Assembly (NCBI GenBank): GCA_001662655.1
Contig: KV460210.1
Strand: one strand, 5' to 3'
DNA length: 64,000 nucleotides
DNA from: Pseudogymnoascus verrucosus
Lineage: Eukaryota
This document shows positions 1 through 12,586 of the stretch, piece by piece; the first letter of the stretch is position 1; every line of letters starts with the position of its first letter. The notes beneath the pieces were generated by a model. It was not told the DNA's origin. It ran no database searches and worked only from the letters and a program-made list of their open reading frames with translations. Position numbers and translations under genes: made by a program.

Positions 1-510
1 TACCAGACTACTCGAAAGCTCTCACCAGAAATCTATAATGAGATAATGATTTCCATCCTCTATCGACTCACAAACCTGTCATTTGAGAGCGACCCATTCC
101 AGGAGGCGCTTCGAGTCGGCTTGCTAGCAGTTTCTTCGACCCTCTTTATGCAGCGGCAATTTATGGAAAATCCTTACGATCACCTATTGAATCTGCACCG
201 CAATTCATTATGGAAACTGCGCGAATCTACTGACATTGGTATTCCCGTACCTATCGTGCTTTGGTTGACAATGTTGCTACACGTGGTGGAGAATAGGGAG
301 CCTTCTTCTTCGCCGGACTGGCTTAGTGTTTGGCTTGACGAGGTTATTTTTCGCGCTGGCATTGATTCATGGCACCAAGCGCACGAGATACTGCGATCTA
401 TGGTGTGGGTAAATTTTGTCCATGAAAGTTGCGGGATGCTAGCCTTTGAAGCGGCTATGCTTCGGCTGGAAAGAGGAGCGGGATCTGAAGTCGAAAAAGC
501 TTCTTCATAA
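1..510 (+). CDS. 3' end of a hypothetical fungal protein, possibly a transcription-factor C-terminal domain (partial, runs off window start)
   Basis: Open frame to stop at 508-510; helical Leu/Trp-rich C-terminus (VLWL...W..HEILRSMVWV..VH) resembling fungal TF C-terminal domains. Confidence 0.55.
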   Translation, partial: YQTTRKLSPEIYNEIMISILYRLTNLSFESDPFQEALRVGLLAVSSTLFMQRQFMENPYDHLLNLHRNSLWKLRESTDIGIPVPIVLWLTMLLHVVENREPSSSPDWLSVWLDEVIFRAGIDSWHQAHEILRSMVWVNFVHESCGMLAFEAAMLRLERGAGSEVEKASS

Positions 511-1118
511 CAGCATGCTTAATTTTAACTCCATGCCTAGATAGAAATGTAGCATAGCTAGTCGAAGTTTAGGCCCCATCAAGATTCTGCACAATTCTAG
601 TATTTTCTCCAGAGCTGTGCGGTGGCCTGGGGTCCAGGCACAGCTGGGGCATGCTGGCGGGTTCTTGCGGGTTGGGGATAGGGGTAGGCTTCGCAGCAGC
701 CAGCAGAGGCTAATCCGCCATTAAAAGGGACCATTAACAACGAAAAACATATATTTCAAAAATAGCAATGGGGTTTGACGATTCCATTTAGATTTTCTAC
801 AGCTAGGAAGAGAAAGACTTGTCAAAGCCAGAAGGGGCCGAGCAGAGAATCCATGCCCTACACCTAATAAGCCGCCTGTATCAACGGCCCCACTGTCTCG
901 ACTCCATATAACCCCTCCCGTACCAACACGTCAATCCACCAACCTTTCAACTTTAACCTCCCAGCCTAGGTTCCTCATCTCGCTATCCCAGATACCTGCG
1001 CTTCATCTCCCCTGCTTATGTTTTATCTTTTAGGTGCTGAAAACATCTCGATGCGTTTTAAATTATTTCTTCTCAACCTTGGGTCCTTCGCGTGGATTTA
1101 TGCAGGTTCGACTTCTCT

Positions 1119-1556
1119 CTACATGTTGCCATCATTCAGAACACACTGCCATTGTCCCTTGAACGACTCTCCAGCAATGCAGGCATTGTTTCCCGGAGCC
1201 CAATAGCAGTCCCCGACATTGTCAAGTCCATTCCTCATGATCCATAGACCATCGCCTCCACAGCCTTGCATGCTGTACTGGAAGTCGGTGTCGGGCACAG
1301 AGAAGCGGATATTGCAAGGATTTTGGTCGCCTGGCAGGCTTTGTCCTGTCGGTCCTGGGATGTAGGTCTTTCTCTTACATGGATCGACGCCGTTTGTCCA
1401 GGCTACCCAGAGGTTGTTGTAAGTTCCGAGGTTGATTTTGTTGGGGATTCGAGCCTGTCTTTTTGACAGGTTGGCGGAAGCAGGAAGTGTTGCTGCGGTG
1501 GCTAGGGATAGGCAGAGAAGTATTGCCTGCAGGCTGGTTGAAAAGTTGAGTTGCAT
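1119..1556 (-). CDS. Small secreted cysteine-rich protein (signal peptide, Kex2 pro-peptide, 6 Cys); effector-like
   Basis: MQLNFSTSLQAILLCLSLATAA signal-like N-terminus, LSKR Kex2 site, six Cys in the mature part, TATA-like element upstream. Confidence 0.8.
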   Translation of the reverse strand: MQLNFSTSLQAILLCLSLATAATLPASANLSKRQARIPNKINLGTYNNLWVAWTNGVDPCKRKTYIPGPTGQSLPGDQNPCNIRFSVPDTDFQYSMQGCGGDGLWIMRNGLDNVGDCYWAPGNNACIAGESFKGQWQCVLNDGNM

Positions 1557-3064
1557 GATGGTAAATATATTTTTATATGTTCTGATAGTTGAGGCGGGCA
1601 CACGGGTAGCAAGTTGGATGTAGGCGGGTACGGATGTATGGAGAAATTATAGTAGCGGGATCCTTGATATATATTCTTTTGAGGCCAAGTGGGTAGAGAG
1701 GCTATGACAACCTTATTATCTGTTGCCCGTCCGAAGTAGAGATTGGAGGTATCCATTCTCGTTTCCCATTACAGCGTCTTGAATTGACGATCTGAGAACT
1801 TTTGAAGCTACGATGATCCTTTCTGCTCGAATAGTATGTTCTTCAAGAAGACCTGCCTAATGGAACGACTCGGTGAGAAATATGCGGCACATGTTCCCAG
1901 ACCTCTGTGACCAGATTCTCGTATTCATCCCGTCCGCACTTTACTTGGAACGGGGCTGGTTTTAAATGCTATCGTTTCAAAGCAATCAACCCTTGGCCAA
2001 ATGCCATGAGACCAATTAAAGCTAGTCAAGTCTCCTGGAAGGAGCCCTAAGCTTCTTAAAAGTTGTAACGATCGGCAGATCTTCACTTAGTATACGTCAT
2101 GAAGCTGCTGACTGGTCGAATGCGGCTTACGCATGGCGCTTGGCGGATTCTATACTCGACCCAAGAGAGGAATTGAAGTGGCGCTCACTAGTATATACTC
2201 AATTCGGCTCTGTCGGCACAGCCCTCCAGAATTCTAAATTAAGTTGTTCTACGGCCCGCTAGCTCTATGTTCTTGCCGTTTGACGTCATTTGTACGCCTA
2301 ACGGTAACTAGGGTATAAAGCGAAGGATCTAGCTATTAGATCGGCACATGGTAATGATCTTATTATGCGGGAACAGCCGACGGTCAAGGAAATAAGCGTC
2401 CGAGTACGTATCAAATAAGAGAATGTCAACTCTCTGGCTTGTCGTGCTTGCTTCATTTGGTTTCATCATTGGCGTTCCTTCGATTTCAGCTTGACTACCT
2501 GGTATTGCCCCTGCTTTGTTGTGGTATCATGGGCGAGATGACGGGCCGCCAGTTGCGCGTTAAACTTCGACACAGTCATGTTTAGGTAACTCTAACTTGT
2601 TATCTTAAACCTGTATACACATTCTCGTGTATGTTCAGTCCTACCTATCGCTTTTGCCGTCATGACAGGCTCCACAAAAGAGGCCTTAGTAAACATCAAC
2701 AATCATTGTGAACCAAGCTGTTTAAAGCCGCTATACTCAAAAGGGATAGTGCTACTAGGTTTAGAGCGCCTTTTACTCCAGCTGACGAGTTCGGTGAGGA
2801 TTGTCATCCCTGTGGCATGGAAGAGGGCGTTTGGAAAAGCAAGTAGAAGCAAATTTGTGTCCCAGAATAATCTGGTAACAAGCTCATCTGAGGAAGGTGG
2901 GGCACATAAACGAATATCTGAGTACGAGATAGTTGACGATCAATGTATCGGCAGGATATATAAAAGGCAAGAGAAGGCGCTGAATTGGCTTACGATCAAC
3001 TCGGATTCCAGCTCATAATCACCACATCACTATTTATCTAAAATTCCACTTTACAACTGCAACA

Positions 3065-4265
3065 ATGGGAGACGTTCTTCAGGCCATCGGGTTTGTTAGC
3101 TCTGCGTTGGGAATCTTCGGCTTTTTTAAGGCCAACCTTCCTTCGAATGCACCCAATGGTGCTGTCATTCGAATGAAAGTTGGAAATCAGGACTATGACA
3201 GTGAAAGTTACGTAGGTCTTCTAGATCCGTATATGGGATGTTAGTAGCCACTGATATTTAAACTAGGGAGGAGGAATTGCGCGTGTGATCGGCTATGACC
3301 AGCAAAATAGAATTGTTGGCAATGCTTACAGTATGTTAGCGTCCAAGAATACAGACAGCCTCTGATATTAGATCGCAGATAAGAAAATCTCCAATGGTGA
3401 TTTCCAAGACATTACTCTTGATCAAGAGACAGACGGCATCCAGTCAAAATGTAAGTTATATTGATGTTTATTTGCTTTCAATCTTACGCAGTTATGGTTT
3501 GGCAATAAGCAGTTGTAAGCATCGTATCTAATTATCCTCATAGACATCGGTATCGTCAGCACTGGCGACGCCATCTGTCTTTCCTGGATAACTTTAAAAA
3601 ACCGAGATGGTGCAAGTGACTCTGCATGGATTGGCGATATTGGAAAGTCATGTGGTCAAAACTGGGCCTGGGGAAATCAAGAAGCTGGATATGTTCAGGA
3701 CACTGGCGAAAGAATCAGTCCATCATGCACGTGGCTAGACGCGGATCACACCAACGACATTGCATCAGGTGCTATGAAGATTAATTTTTCGGCCTATGCA
3801 GACAATTTGAATGATGCCATCAGCAGTGGCCGAGCATGCAGCGCGACATCGTTCTCGTACGGCGCTGGCGAAATCGATGGTACTTATTCCCACCAATCTT
3901 TACATGGTAACTAAGCTAGTGCTAATTTATGCTCAGGAGCCCCCGGGAAGAAGCGTGACGTTTCACTCAAGCCACGCCGTCCCGAATCGATGACCAAGCG
4001 CATTATCATCTCCACGGAAAATCCAACACATAATGCCACAGAATTGTGCACACACCCCATGAGTCATAGTTCAGATGTTGTTGGCTCAGATGGCTACTAC
4101 TGCAACATGGAGACCCGAGAGCTGCACCCGCTTTGTTCTTCGTTCAACGTTGACGGGTGTGTAACCGTCGACATTGAAAGCGGAAAGATCCAGAAGAGGA
4201 AATCACTCGGAAAGCGTACCGCTAATGTGCACTACCGGTCATACGAGAAAGTATCAGTATGGTAG
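3065..4265 (+). CDS. Uncharacterised 5-exon Cys-containing fungal protein with hydrophobic N-terminal helix and internal KKR site
   Basis: Manual splicing of four GT-AG introns gives a continuous ORF MGDVLQAIGFVSSALGIFGFF...DAICLSWIT...GDIGKSCGQ...CTWLDADH...GKKRD...ELCTHPMS...YCNMETRELHPLCS...VSVW; TATATAAAA at ~2956. Confidence 0.8.
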
Positions 4266-4796
4266 ACTGGGAGGCCAATTTTACAGATTGCAGAGCAAAG
4301 TCAAGGGGTGTGTAACCACACTATAGATGGTAGTCTGGGAACTTCGCGGCGCACCTATCTGAAGGGGCATACAGCAAACTCACTTGTACAAGGGTTGCTG
4401 TTGCATAATTACAATACATACTCTTAAAGTCTAAACACAAGAGCTCTGAAGATCCTCACTATCTCTCCTGCTCTACTGGTTGCGTTCTCTTATTTTATTC
4501 GACATGTACTCACCTCTATTTGCTCATGGGCAACTCCTATTCCCAGTCAAAACGACGAATAATGTTCTTCAGTTCAGATATAAAATCGACGTATCTACAG
4601 CATCTAAATTCCTACTATGCATGAGAGTCGTTAGGTCCAAGGACGATAACAGGCCTGCCATTTCCATTAACCGCCTTAGTATGTCAATCTAAACACAATC
4701 CCCCCCCCATTTCAGGCAAAGAAGGTATTGTCACTAAACCATCAATGGCCTACATATATCAATACTACTTGGCCCTTCTTTTTACAACCACGTAAT

Positions 4797-6494
4797 CTAC
4801 GTCATCCTCCTCCTGATACCCACCTCGCAACAAAACCCCTTCCTCAAGAACCCCTCCCAGGTCTCAAACCTCTCCTGATAGAGCTCAAAGTCATATCGCC
4901 GGACCAACGTAGCCATCGCGAGCGTCACTTCCATTTCCGCGACGTTGCGCCCCACGCACGACCGCGGCCCGTGACCAAAGGGCACAAACGCCTTCTTCTG
5001 GTCGTCGGTCAGGGACTCCCAGCGCTCGGGCCGGTACTGGTCGCTGTCGGCACCCCAGATGCTCTCGAGGCGGTGTATGGTGTAGTTGGGTACGGAGAGC
5101 ACAGTGCCGGGTTCGAACGTGCGACCGCAGATCTCGATGGCGGGGCCGTCGATGGGGACGACGCGGGGGAGGCCGAGAGCTGAGGTGGAGTGGATGCGCA
5201 TGCCTTCGTTCATGCAAGCTTTGAGACTGATGGATGTTGTTAGCTTGATCTGAATCCACGCAGGGAGGGAAGGATTCGTTACTATGGGAGGTTCTTGACG
5301 GTTTGAAAGGCGACCTCATCAGTTGGTGACAAAATAACAGTGTCGACTTCGGCTTGTAGCTTTGCAAGAACTCCTGGGCTCTTTAGAAGCCAATAGAAAA
5401 TGCTACGAATATTAGATTATCTGCCCAGAGATGGAAGATTGGAAAATCCTACCCAGTCAGAGTATTGGAGGTAGTGTCACTCCCGGCAATCAGTTGCGTT
5501 AGGGCCTCCGCCGTGAGTTCCTCACGCCCTAGAGGCTGACCTTTGACGTCCTTGCCCTCCATCAATCGAGTCAATATGTCCACACGTTCTGTCCCCTTCG
5601 TCGCCGTAGAAGCAAGGCGTTCGCCGACGCGCGCAATCGCAATCCCCGCGACCTGACTCCCGGAGCGGACGCCATTTCGTAGAAACGAATCAGGCAGGAG
5701 ATGGCCTATCTTCTTCAAAAACGGCAGGCAGCCCAGCACTGCAAAGGCTTCGCCGCGTCGGCTCAGCGCGTCGACGGCGTGCATGTACTTGGAAGGCCCG
5801 CCGGGATAGTCCATGTATTCAATGGTGTCCTGTCCATTCTTCAGCATCCCGAATGGCGAGCCGAAGGCGAGATCCCCGATGGTGTCAAAGGTGAGATAGG
5901 CAAACCATGGGAGACAGTCGAAGCGCGCAAACTTGGAGTTCGCTGGGGCTTTCTGGCAGATTAGGTCCCACTGACGGAGGAGCTCGTTCAGATTCTGATG
6001 CATATACTGCTCAAACTGCATCACGCTCTTGGCTGAGAAGGTATGGGCAACGATCTTGCGCTTGCGGGTGTGGTCGGCGCGGCTGCGAGTGCTGAAGAGA
6101 CCGCGAGACACTGCCACAAAGGCGTCATAAAAGTCGCTAACGTGGATATTAGTCATGTGGTATAGGAAATAGATTACGGGATATAGAGATCTTGCCTCTT
6201 AAGGAATCCATTTCCATGGCCATAGATGGCATTGATTGCATTGACATTGGCGATGGAGACATGATTAGGCTGGATTCTAACAAAATCTCCATGGGTCTTA
6301 TGTGCGTCGTCAACTGTAAGATAACGTCTCCCGAATCTTGCTTCCCGGACTAGCCAGAATCTCGTCAAAGCAGCCCATGGCGAAGCTGCCGGTATATCAG
6401 ACAAACTCCTATTCTGGAACAAGTATCCGCCGACATAGTAGACGACAAGGAGGCCGAGGGCCACCAAAGAAGCAATCATGACAAGAGGAAACAT
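4797..6494 (-). CDS. CYP53: Cytochrome P450, CYP53 (benzoate 4-monooxygenase) family, divergent member; 4 exons
   Basis: IYGHGNGFLK, DFYDAF, HTRKRK, AEALTQLIAGSDTTSN (I-helix), EGMR (ExxR), PERW, FGHGPRSCVG heme motif, EGFLRK; introns restore frame. Confidence 0.9.
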
Positions 6495-6749
6495 TGTGTA
6501 GGGAAAGAATACACAACGAAAGATAGAAAGCTATAGCCTATAATGACAAAAATGAAATCGAGAGGACTTATAATAATCAGTGATATGCTCATTGCCAACC
6601 CAGTGGGCCATCATATGCTCTATATCCACCCTTGCCGCATCAATTTACCAGAAGAAACTGGGGGTAGATCATAGCTACCCATCTAACGTCTCCCACACTT
6701 GTATACATATAGGTGATATTGACATGGATATCATCATAGTATCGGTATA

Positions 6750-6946
6750 CCCGGAATGGATGGTGCTCCCGAGTGGTGTGGGATGGTGTCGTGTATGCAC
6801 GGATGTTGCACCGGATAGTGCACCGAACCGGACACGGCGCTTTTTTCCGCCAATGCCGCCATGTAATACCGAGAGTAAGGAAGGCCCCCACTGATTTTAA
6901 ACGACCAATAAGGGTACGGCGCGGGGTAAGTACGGCGCGGGGTAAG
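6750..6946. promoter_or_regulatory. Divergent CYP53/pnbB-like promoter with clustered CGGA half-sites and a 16-bp tandem duplication carrying two GCGGGG (CreA-type SYGGRG) sites
   Basis: CGGAA 6752, CGGATG 6800, CGGATA 6812, CGGACA 6829; GTACGGCGCGGGGTAA at 6914-6929 and 6930-6945. Confidence 0.55.
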
Positions 6947-7226
6947 ATCTCCACAATGGAATCATAAGCCAGCCTCGTCTCTCGACATGCGATATGCAGG
7001 TCTACCGTGATCATTGCCGTGAGTTAACGTTATGTACAGCTGTGGATGTTGCAAGATGTAACTATAGCCGCAGTAACCTAATGATTTTACTTTTTTTCTC
7101 GTCTTATCTCGCGCACTATTTCAGCTTTCACGATATATATCCTTTCACGGCACTGATCAGTTTATTGTCGTGTTTCACCACCTTTGCGTTTCCCTTTCAT
7201 CGAATTCTTCGTAACATACCTCCAAC

Positions 7227-7836
7227 ATGTCAGCCGACGCCCAAACCAAGCCCATCCACCCCAATCAGCAGCGCCTCATCGACCTCGCACGCGAGTTCTT
7301 CGCCGAGGTCGAGAACCTGTAAGGCACGCATGTCTCCCTCTCTCGCTGACGCTAACCCCCCCCAAAGAACCCCCGGCAAAGACCTCGAGGCCCGTCTGAA
7401 CACCGATTACGGCCGCGGCAACCGCTACTATGATGGCTTCTGCTCGCTCATCCAGGGCGGGCTCACCAATAACGAGGGCTGGGTTGCCACCGACCCCCTC
7501 GATGGGCCCAAGTACCGCCGCTCCAAGGTTGCGTGGCCGAGCGAGGAGAACCGCTTCTTCAGCATCACCACGGTGTACATGGAGAGCATCGAAGAATACC
7601 GCGGCCAGTACCATCAGCATCCATATGGCGAGATTAACTGCGTCATCCAGCTGACGCCCGGCGCGGAGCTGATGGGCATGAATGGCTGGCAGGGAGAGGG
7701 CTGGACGAGCCCTGGCCCGGGGACGCACCATTATCCCGAGGTGAGGGGAGGGGCGCTCATAGCATTGTTTTTCTTGCCGGCGGGGAGGATTAGTTATGAG
7801 GCGAAGCCTGGGATGCCGCAGCCGATAAGCGTGTAA
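7227..7836 (+). CDS. pnbB: p-hydroxylaminobenzoate lyase-like protein (PnbB / DUF4863 family); 2 exons (7227-7318, 7368-7836)
   Basis: Spliced product MSADAQ...FFAEVENLTPGKDLEARLN...EGWVA...GPKYRRS...FSITTVYM...RGQYHQHPYGEINCV...GWTSPGPGTHHYPEVRGGALIALFFLPAGRISY matches the recalled PnbB/DUF4863 motifs; 49-nt intron GTAAGG...GCTAAC...AAG. Confidence 0.8.
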
Positions 7837-8092
7837 TACTTGACAATGCCATTGTCAGAATGGGGATGTTCTTGATTGTAGTAGCCTAGGCGAATTGGAA
7901 TTTAAAGGAAATTCACTTTAGAAATAGGTATACTATACGAACATTTTCTTTGGTTTTGTTTGGCAATAAGTAAATAAATATCACCCCTGGTAGTAGTTAT
8001 CCTGATCGCCTTGCTAATATGTGCACCGCGCCATCTTACACATAAACCACAAGGGGAATGAAAACTCGTACGTAGAATTCAACGCTCATAAT

Positions 8093-9999
8093 CTATGGCC
8101 TCCCCATGGCTTGCTCAATAACTTTTAAGATAGCCAAGCACTTCTCGTCCTCAAACCTCCTCGTCACAAGCTGCAGACCGATCGGCGCATCTACATACTG
8201 CTCCGGAGAATACAAGTCGTAATTGAACTTGTCCTGCTCATTCATCGGCAGATAAGTTGTATCCTTCACGTCAATTTCTGGGTCGACGACAGACACTGGG
8301 AACCCTACTCCTGGATATTCAAGCATGTTCCACTGGCTTGTATAGCTCCAATATTTTGAGTTACCATGGGGTGGCGCGCAACCAGGTGCCGCAGGGAGTA
8401 GGATGGCGTCAACAGGGTGCCCGTCATCTTTTCCTGTGCTCAACCATAGTTTGTTATACTTGAGACGGTATCTATCGCGACGGACCTTGAGCTGTTGAGA
8501 AGTGAGTGAGAAGGTATACGGAATGATAGAGGCAGTAGAAGACATACCGCACAAAGCGACTCAATACTCTGATACTTAACGTTTGGGTTATCCTTCACCA
8601 GCCATTCGGTGAGTGGTAGCATGTCCTCGCCACCTTCTGCGTTAACTCTATCCTCTGCTCGGCCACCATCCTCAAAATAGAGCGCTTGGGTAATGTTCCA
8701 GCATTCATCATGCTCTTCAGGAACCCAGTCTACGACTTCATGCCCAGCATCTCTGATAGACTTCGCTACTTCTCTTAGTGCTCGAGTTATCGGCGGATGT
8801 GGCGTGACGATCCTATCCGACCACATTACTGCAATCTTGAGCTTAGGCGGTAGTTTAACTGATCTCCACGGGATTGGAACAAGATAATCATCCTTTATCC
8901 ACGGTTCATAACTCAGATACGCATCCATAAATAGTGATAATCCAGACAGGGACGTAGACATGGGACCTCGCGTGGGCGGAATTCCTTCTTGTCCGAGCAT
9001 TGCTAGCTTTGTTCCCACTTTTGCCAGGCGACCAGGTGTGGGCTTAAAACCGTATATGCCCGTATGTGCTGCTGGACAGCGGATAGAACCGCCAACATCA
9101 CCACCGACACCCTGAATAATTAGTGATGACCAAGATATAATGTGTTGAGTCGGACGTACAAGTACACTGCCACGCATTGCAATCAATGCCGACTCGCCCC
9201 CCGAGCTTCCACCTGGGGTTAAGTCTGTATTGTGAGGATTGAGAGTAATTCCATATATATTAGAAGCTGTTTCCAGCTGCATAACTGCCTGTGGCTGGGT
9301 GGTACGTGCGTAAAAAACGCACCCAGCTTCCCAGAGAACGTCATTAACGCTGACATCTACGGCCTGTTGTTGTCCAATAAATGCAACATATGAGGCATGT
9401 GTTGTACATCCTTTCATGCCTTGGTGTTCTTTAACTGATATCGGAAGGCCATGGAGTGGTCCGATAGGCTCAGGGAGAGAATCGAGATATCTCGCCCGCT
9501 CAATGGCTCTCTCTGGAAGGAGTTCGGTGATGCAGTTGACCTGGATATTGATTAACTAACTATGCTTATAGAGTAATACGAAATATAGATGAGAAAGTGT
9601 AGTGAAGCCTCCTTGTAAGGATTATTTTGATGATTTATAACTCCATATCTAATATACTTAGAGAGGATTTACTGCAGCGCGATAACTTACAAGTTTCTGT
9701 GCTAGTGCAGCTCGACGCAGGAAGGCTCGAGTTACAGCCTCGCAGGTGTAGGACTTATCGCGTATTAGCTTAACCAACTCCGGCGCATCGAACGAGGTGA
9801 TTTTGAGTTCTTCATTAGTGAGAATATCATCTGCGATACGAGAGACATTCTTCGGAGGAGTATTAGGTATGCTGAATAGGGGAGGCTGGACGTCTGCTAC
9901 TGAAGCATCGCGAAAATGGAGAGCTTGGGCGATCAGCCTTGCAGACATGGAAGATCGTTCCTCTGGAGACAGCGATGATGCAGGTGGCGTTTTATCCAT
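8093..9999 (-). CDS. Amidase-signature family enzyme (acetamidase/general amidase-like); multi-exon
   Basis: GPLHGLPISVKEH (catalytic Lys), TPGGSSGGESAL, GGDVGGSIRCPA (Ser-cisSer), YTSQWNMLEYP, PIGLQLV; start ATG could be 9999 or 9948. Confidence 0.9.
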
Positions 10000-10194
10000 G
10001 TTAATGTTAGCCTTTGAGGGTTGTCGCTGGTGGCCTTAGCTTTTTTTTGGTTAACTGATTTGCGTCTACAACCAACTGTGGATTTAGAGCAGAATTATAG
10101 CTCCCTAAACACAATTAATCGATGAAGGCATTTTCGCAGATGATCGATACCTTGGTAATCGACACGCTGGTGAATTCCTAGCTTGTTTAGAAAG

Positions 10195-10250
10195 TGGCAG
10201 CGGATGTGTTCGGACATCGGATAAGGGCCGGGTAGGGACTCGGATGGGAC
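10195..10250. promoter_or_regulatory. Cluster of CGGA half-sites in the amidase/MFS divergent promoter
   Basis: CGGATG 10201, CGGACA 10211, CGGATA 10218, CGGATG 10241. Confidence 0.45.
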
Positions 10251-10869
10251 CTACGCACTGTACCTTACAAATACACGCTAGTTTTTCTAACCCACCGCAC
10301 CGGGTGGACACTACTGGCGAGACGAAGTATGTCCGGGTACATACTAGTATCATGGGGTCGTATTCCGTTGATTTTTGTTAGTATGGGGTAAATATAGAGC
10401 AAGGATGATCATTGTTAACTTCAGCCGTAGTTCAGATAAGGAGATCGGAATAGGTTACATACATGCGTTCATTAGAATGAGCTTTGTTGCTACAGTTTGC
10501 TCATGGCCCCCCTGTTCACCAACCTGACACATACCTTATCCGTCCCGACTTTGGTGGCTTTCTTAAGTCGCAAACTGACCCACAGCCCCATGGCATTATT
10601 GGATATCGTATGTGAGCTGGTCCCTTATCGGTTTTCACTCTTTTAGCACTAAGGGTCTGGTCTCGGATACAGAATCCCCTGCTATATTTCCCCTCATTTC
10701 TAATATCTAATCTTAATAATTGTACAGTATGTAGATTTCCTTGATAACTGTAACTAGAGTCCGCCACACTTTATTGAGCGGTCGTATTTTATTATATATG
10801 AGACTACGTCGGTCTCATCCTTACCTGTAGCAAGTTATTATCTATTCTATTCTAGCTAAGTTACTTAAA

Positions 10870-12586
10870 ATGTCTGCTACAGATCCGGATTTTATGGCGG
10901 TCGTTCCACCAAAGACGTGGGTTAGACTCAACAATCCTGCTATACAAAACTTTATCACTGGGCTTGTTATTGCCTGCTCAGCTGGTATTTACCTTGCCCT
11001 CACTGGTCTTGGCGCCGGTGGCGGCAAACCCAGCTCACAGTATCTTGCGTCGACATCAAACTCGTGAGTAACTTCTTGCATGTCCCAATCTTCCGATACT
11101 TGTCTAAATGTCAAAGGATCCTGTACGCCCTGTTTGCAGTCTCAGGATGGGTCTCAGCTGGGTTTCTGAATGCCTTCGGGCCTAAAATTACAATGTAAGT
11201 ATTGCCCCCCGATATACACGGATGTAACCTAACAAGAATTCACAGGGCTATCGGTGTTCTTGGATATCCTTTATATGCTGCAGGATTGTGGTATTTTGAT
11301 GTTTCCGGAAATGAGTGGTTTGCTCTTTTCGGTGCCGTCATGAACGGTATTGGAGCCGGCCTCTTGTTTACAGGTGCCGGGTTCGTTCAATTCGCATACG
11401 CCGAGGAGAAGGAGAAGGGCATGGTGAGAGATTTTTCAACTTCTATAGGCGAAAATATATTTACCCTCCTCCATAGTACATTTTCTGGCAACACACTATG
11501 CTCAGTGGCGGAGCCATTGTTGGAGCCATTGTTACATTTGCTATCAATTTCCACAGGGCGAAGCCGAGTGTTCCAACCTCAGTATATGCAATCTTCGTTG
11601 CAATCATGACTTCTGCCAGTCTTCTTGCATTGGCATTTATCATCTCGCCAAAGAAAATCATTCGCCATGATGGTACACACCTTGCGGAATTCAAGAAAAC
11701 TACTGTGAAGGAGGAGCTTGTAGGCATGTGGCGAGCAGCATCAACGCCCAAAGTCTTCCTCATGCTGTTCCCAATGTTTGTTTCTGAGTTCGCTCTTGGG
11801 ATCCAAACGAGTTTCAATGGCATGGCAACCTTCGGTGGCTCTTCTAGATAATCCATGCTAACTTTGTCTAGGATATTACTTCTCTCTCCGCACTCGAGCT
11901 CTGAATACAATTCTATACAACGTTCTCCAGATCATTCTTCCCGCCATCCTTGCAGCGCTCCTAGATGCACAATGGATCGGCATTCGCAAAGTTCGCGGAA
12001 TTATTGGCGTTATCTTCACTGCTGCCACGACGATCTCTCTCGCGACCGCCGAGCTCATTTATTTTAAGCAAAAGGTAGATCGGACGAAACCCGGGCCATC
12101 TATGGACTGGTCGGATCCAGGGTATGCAAACATCATGATTCTCCATCTGCTCTGGGGTGGCTGCTTCTGCTGCTGGACTTTCATGGTGCAGTGGATCATG
12201 GGTTCAATGTCGAACAAGCCAGAGGTCCTCTCCCGATACGCTGGACTATTTAAAGGCACCTCAGCTCTCGGTGTTTGCGTCGCCTTTGCAATTGACGCTA
12301 GGAAGCCACAGTATTGGGTTGAAATGGCTATTCATTTCGCGTAAGTAATTTATACATCTCTATAGATTAAGGGACATGCTGACATGATATGCCGAACAGT
12401 CTCTATATGGTCGCAATTTTCATCATGTTCTACGTAGTCTGGTTTTCTATTACAGATACAGACTATCTAAAGGAGGACGGGGTTATTGTGCCTACGAAGG
12501 TGGCTGAAGAGCTCATTGGCCCGGACGGAGTCTCTTTGGATACAAATAAGAGCTATCAGACTGAGTTCGTTGAAGAGAGGAAGTAA
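10870..12586 (+). CDS. UNC-93-like MFS transporter; multi-exon
   Basis: GIYLALTGLGAGGG, GYPLYAAGLWY, GIGAGLLFTG, YAEEKEKG, IIRHDGT, FSLRTRALN, SRYAGLFKG motifs; many hydrophobic segments. Confidence 0.85.

Noticed and set aside
600..1010. GC-skewed segment that might be a transposon remnant
   Set aside because: No TIR, TSD or coding remnant could be established
6994..7836. 280-aa ORF as called by the ORF track
   Set aside because: Its N-terminal part is promoter, out-of-frame exon 1 and intron read-through; the spliced model from ATG 7227 fits the family better
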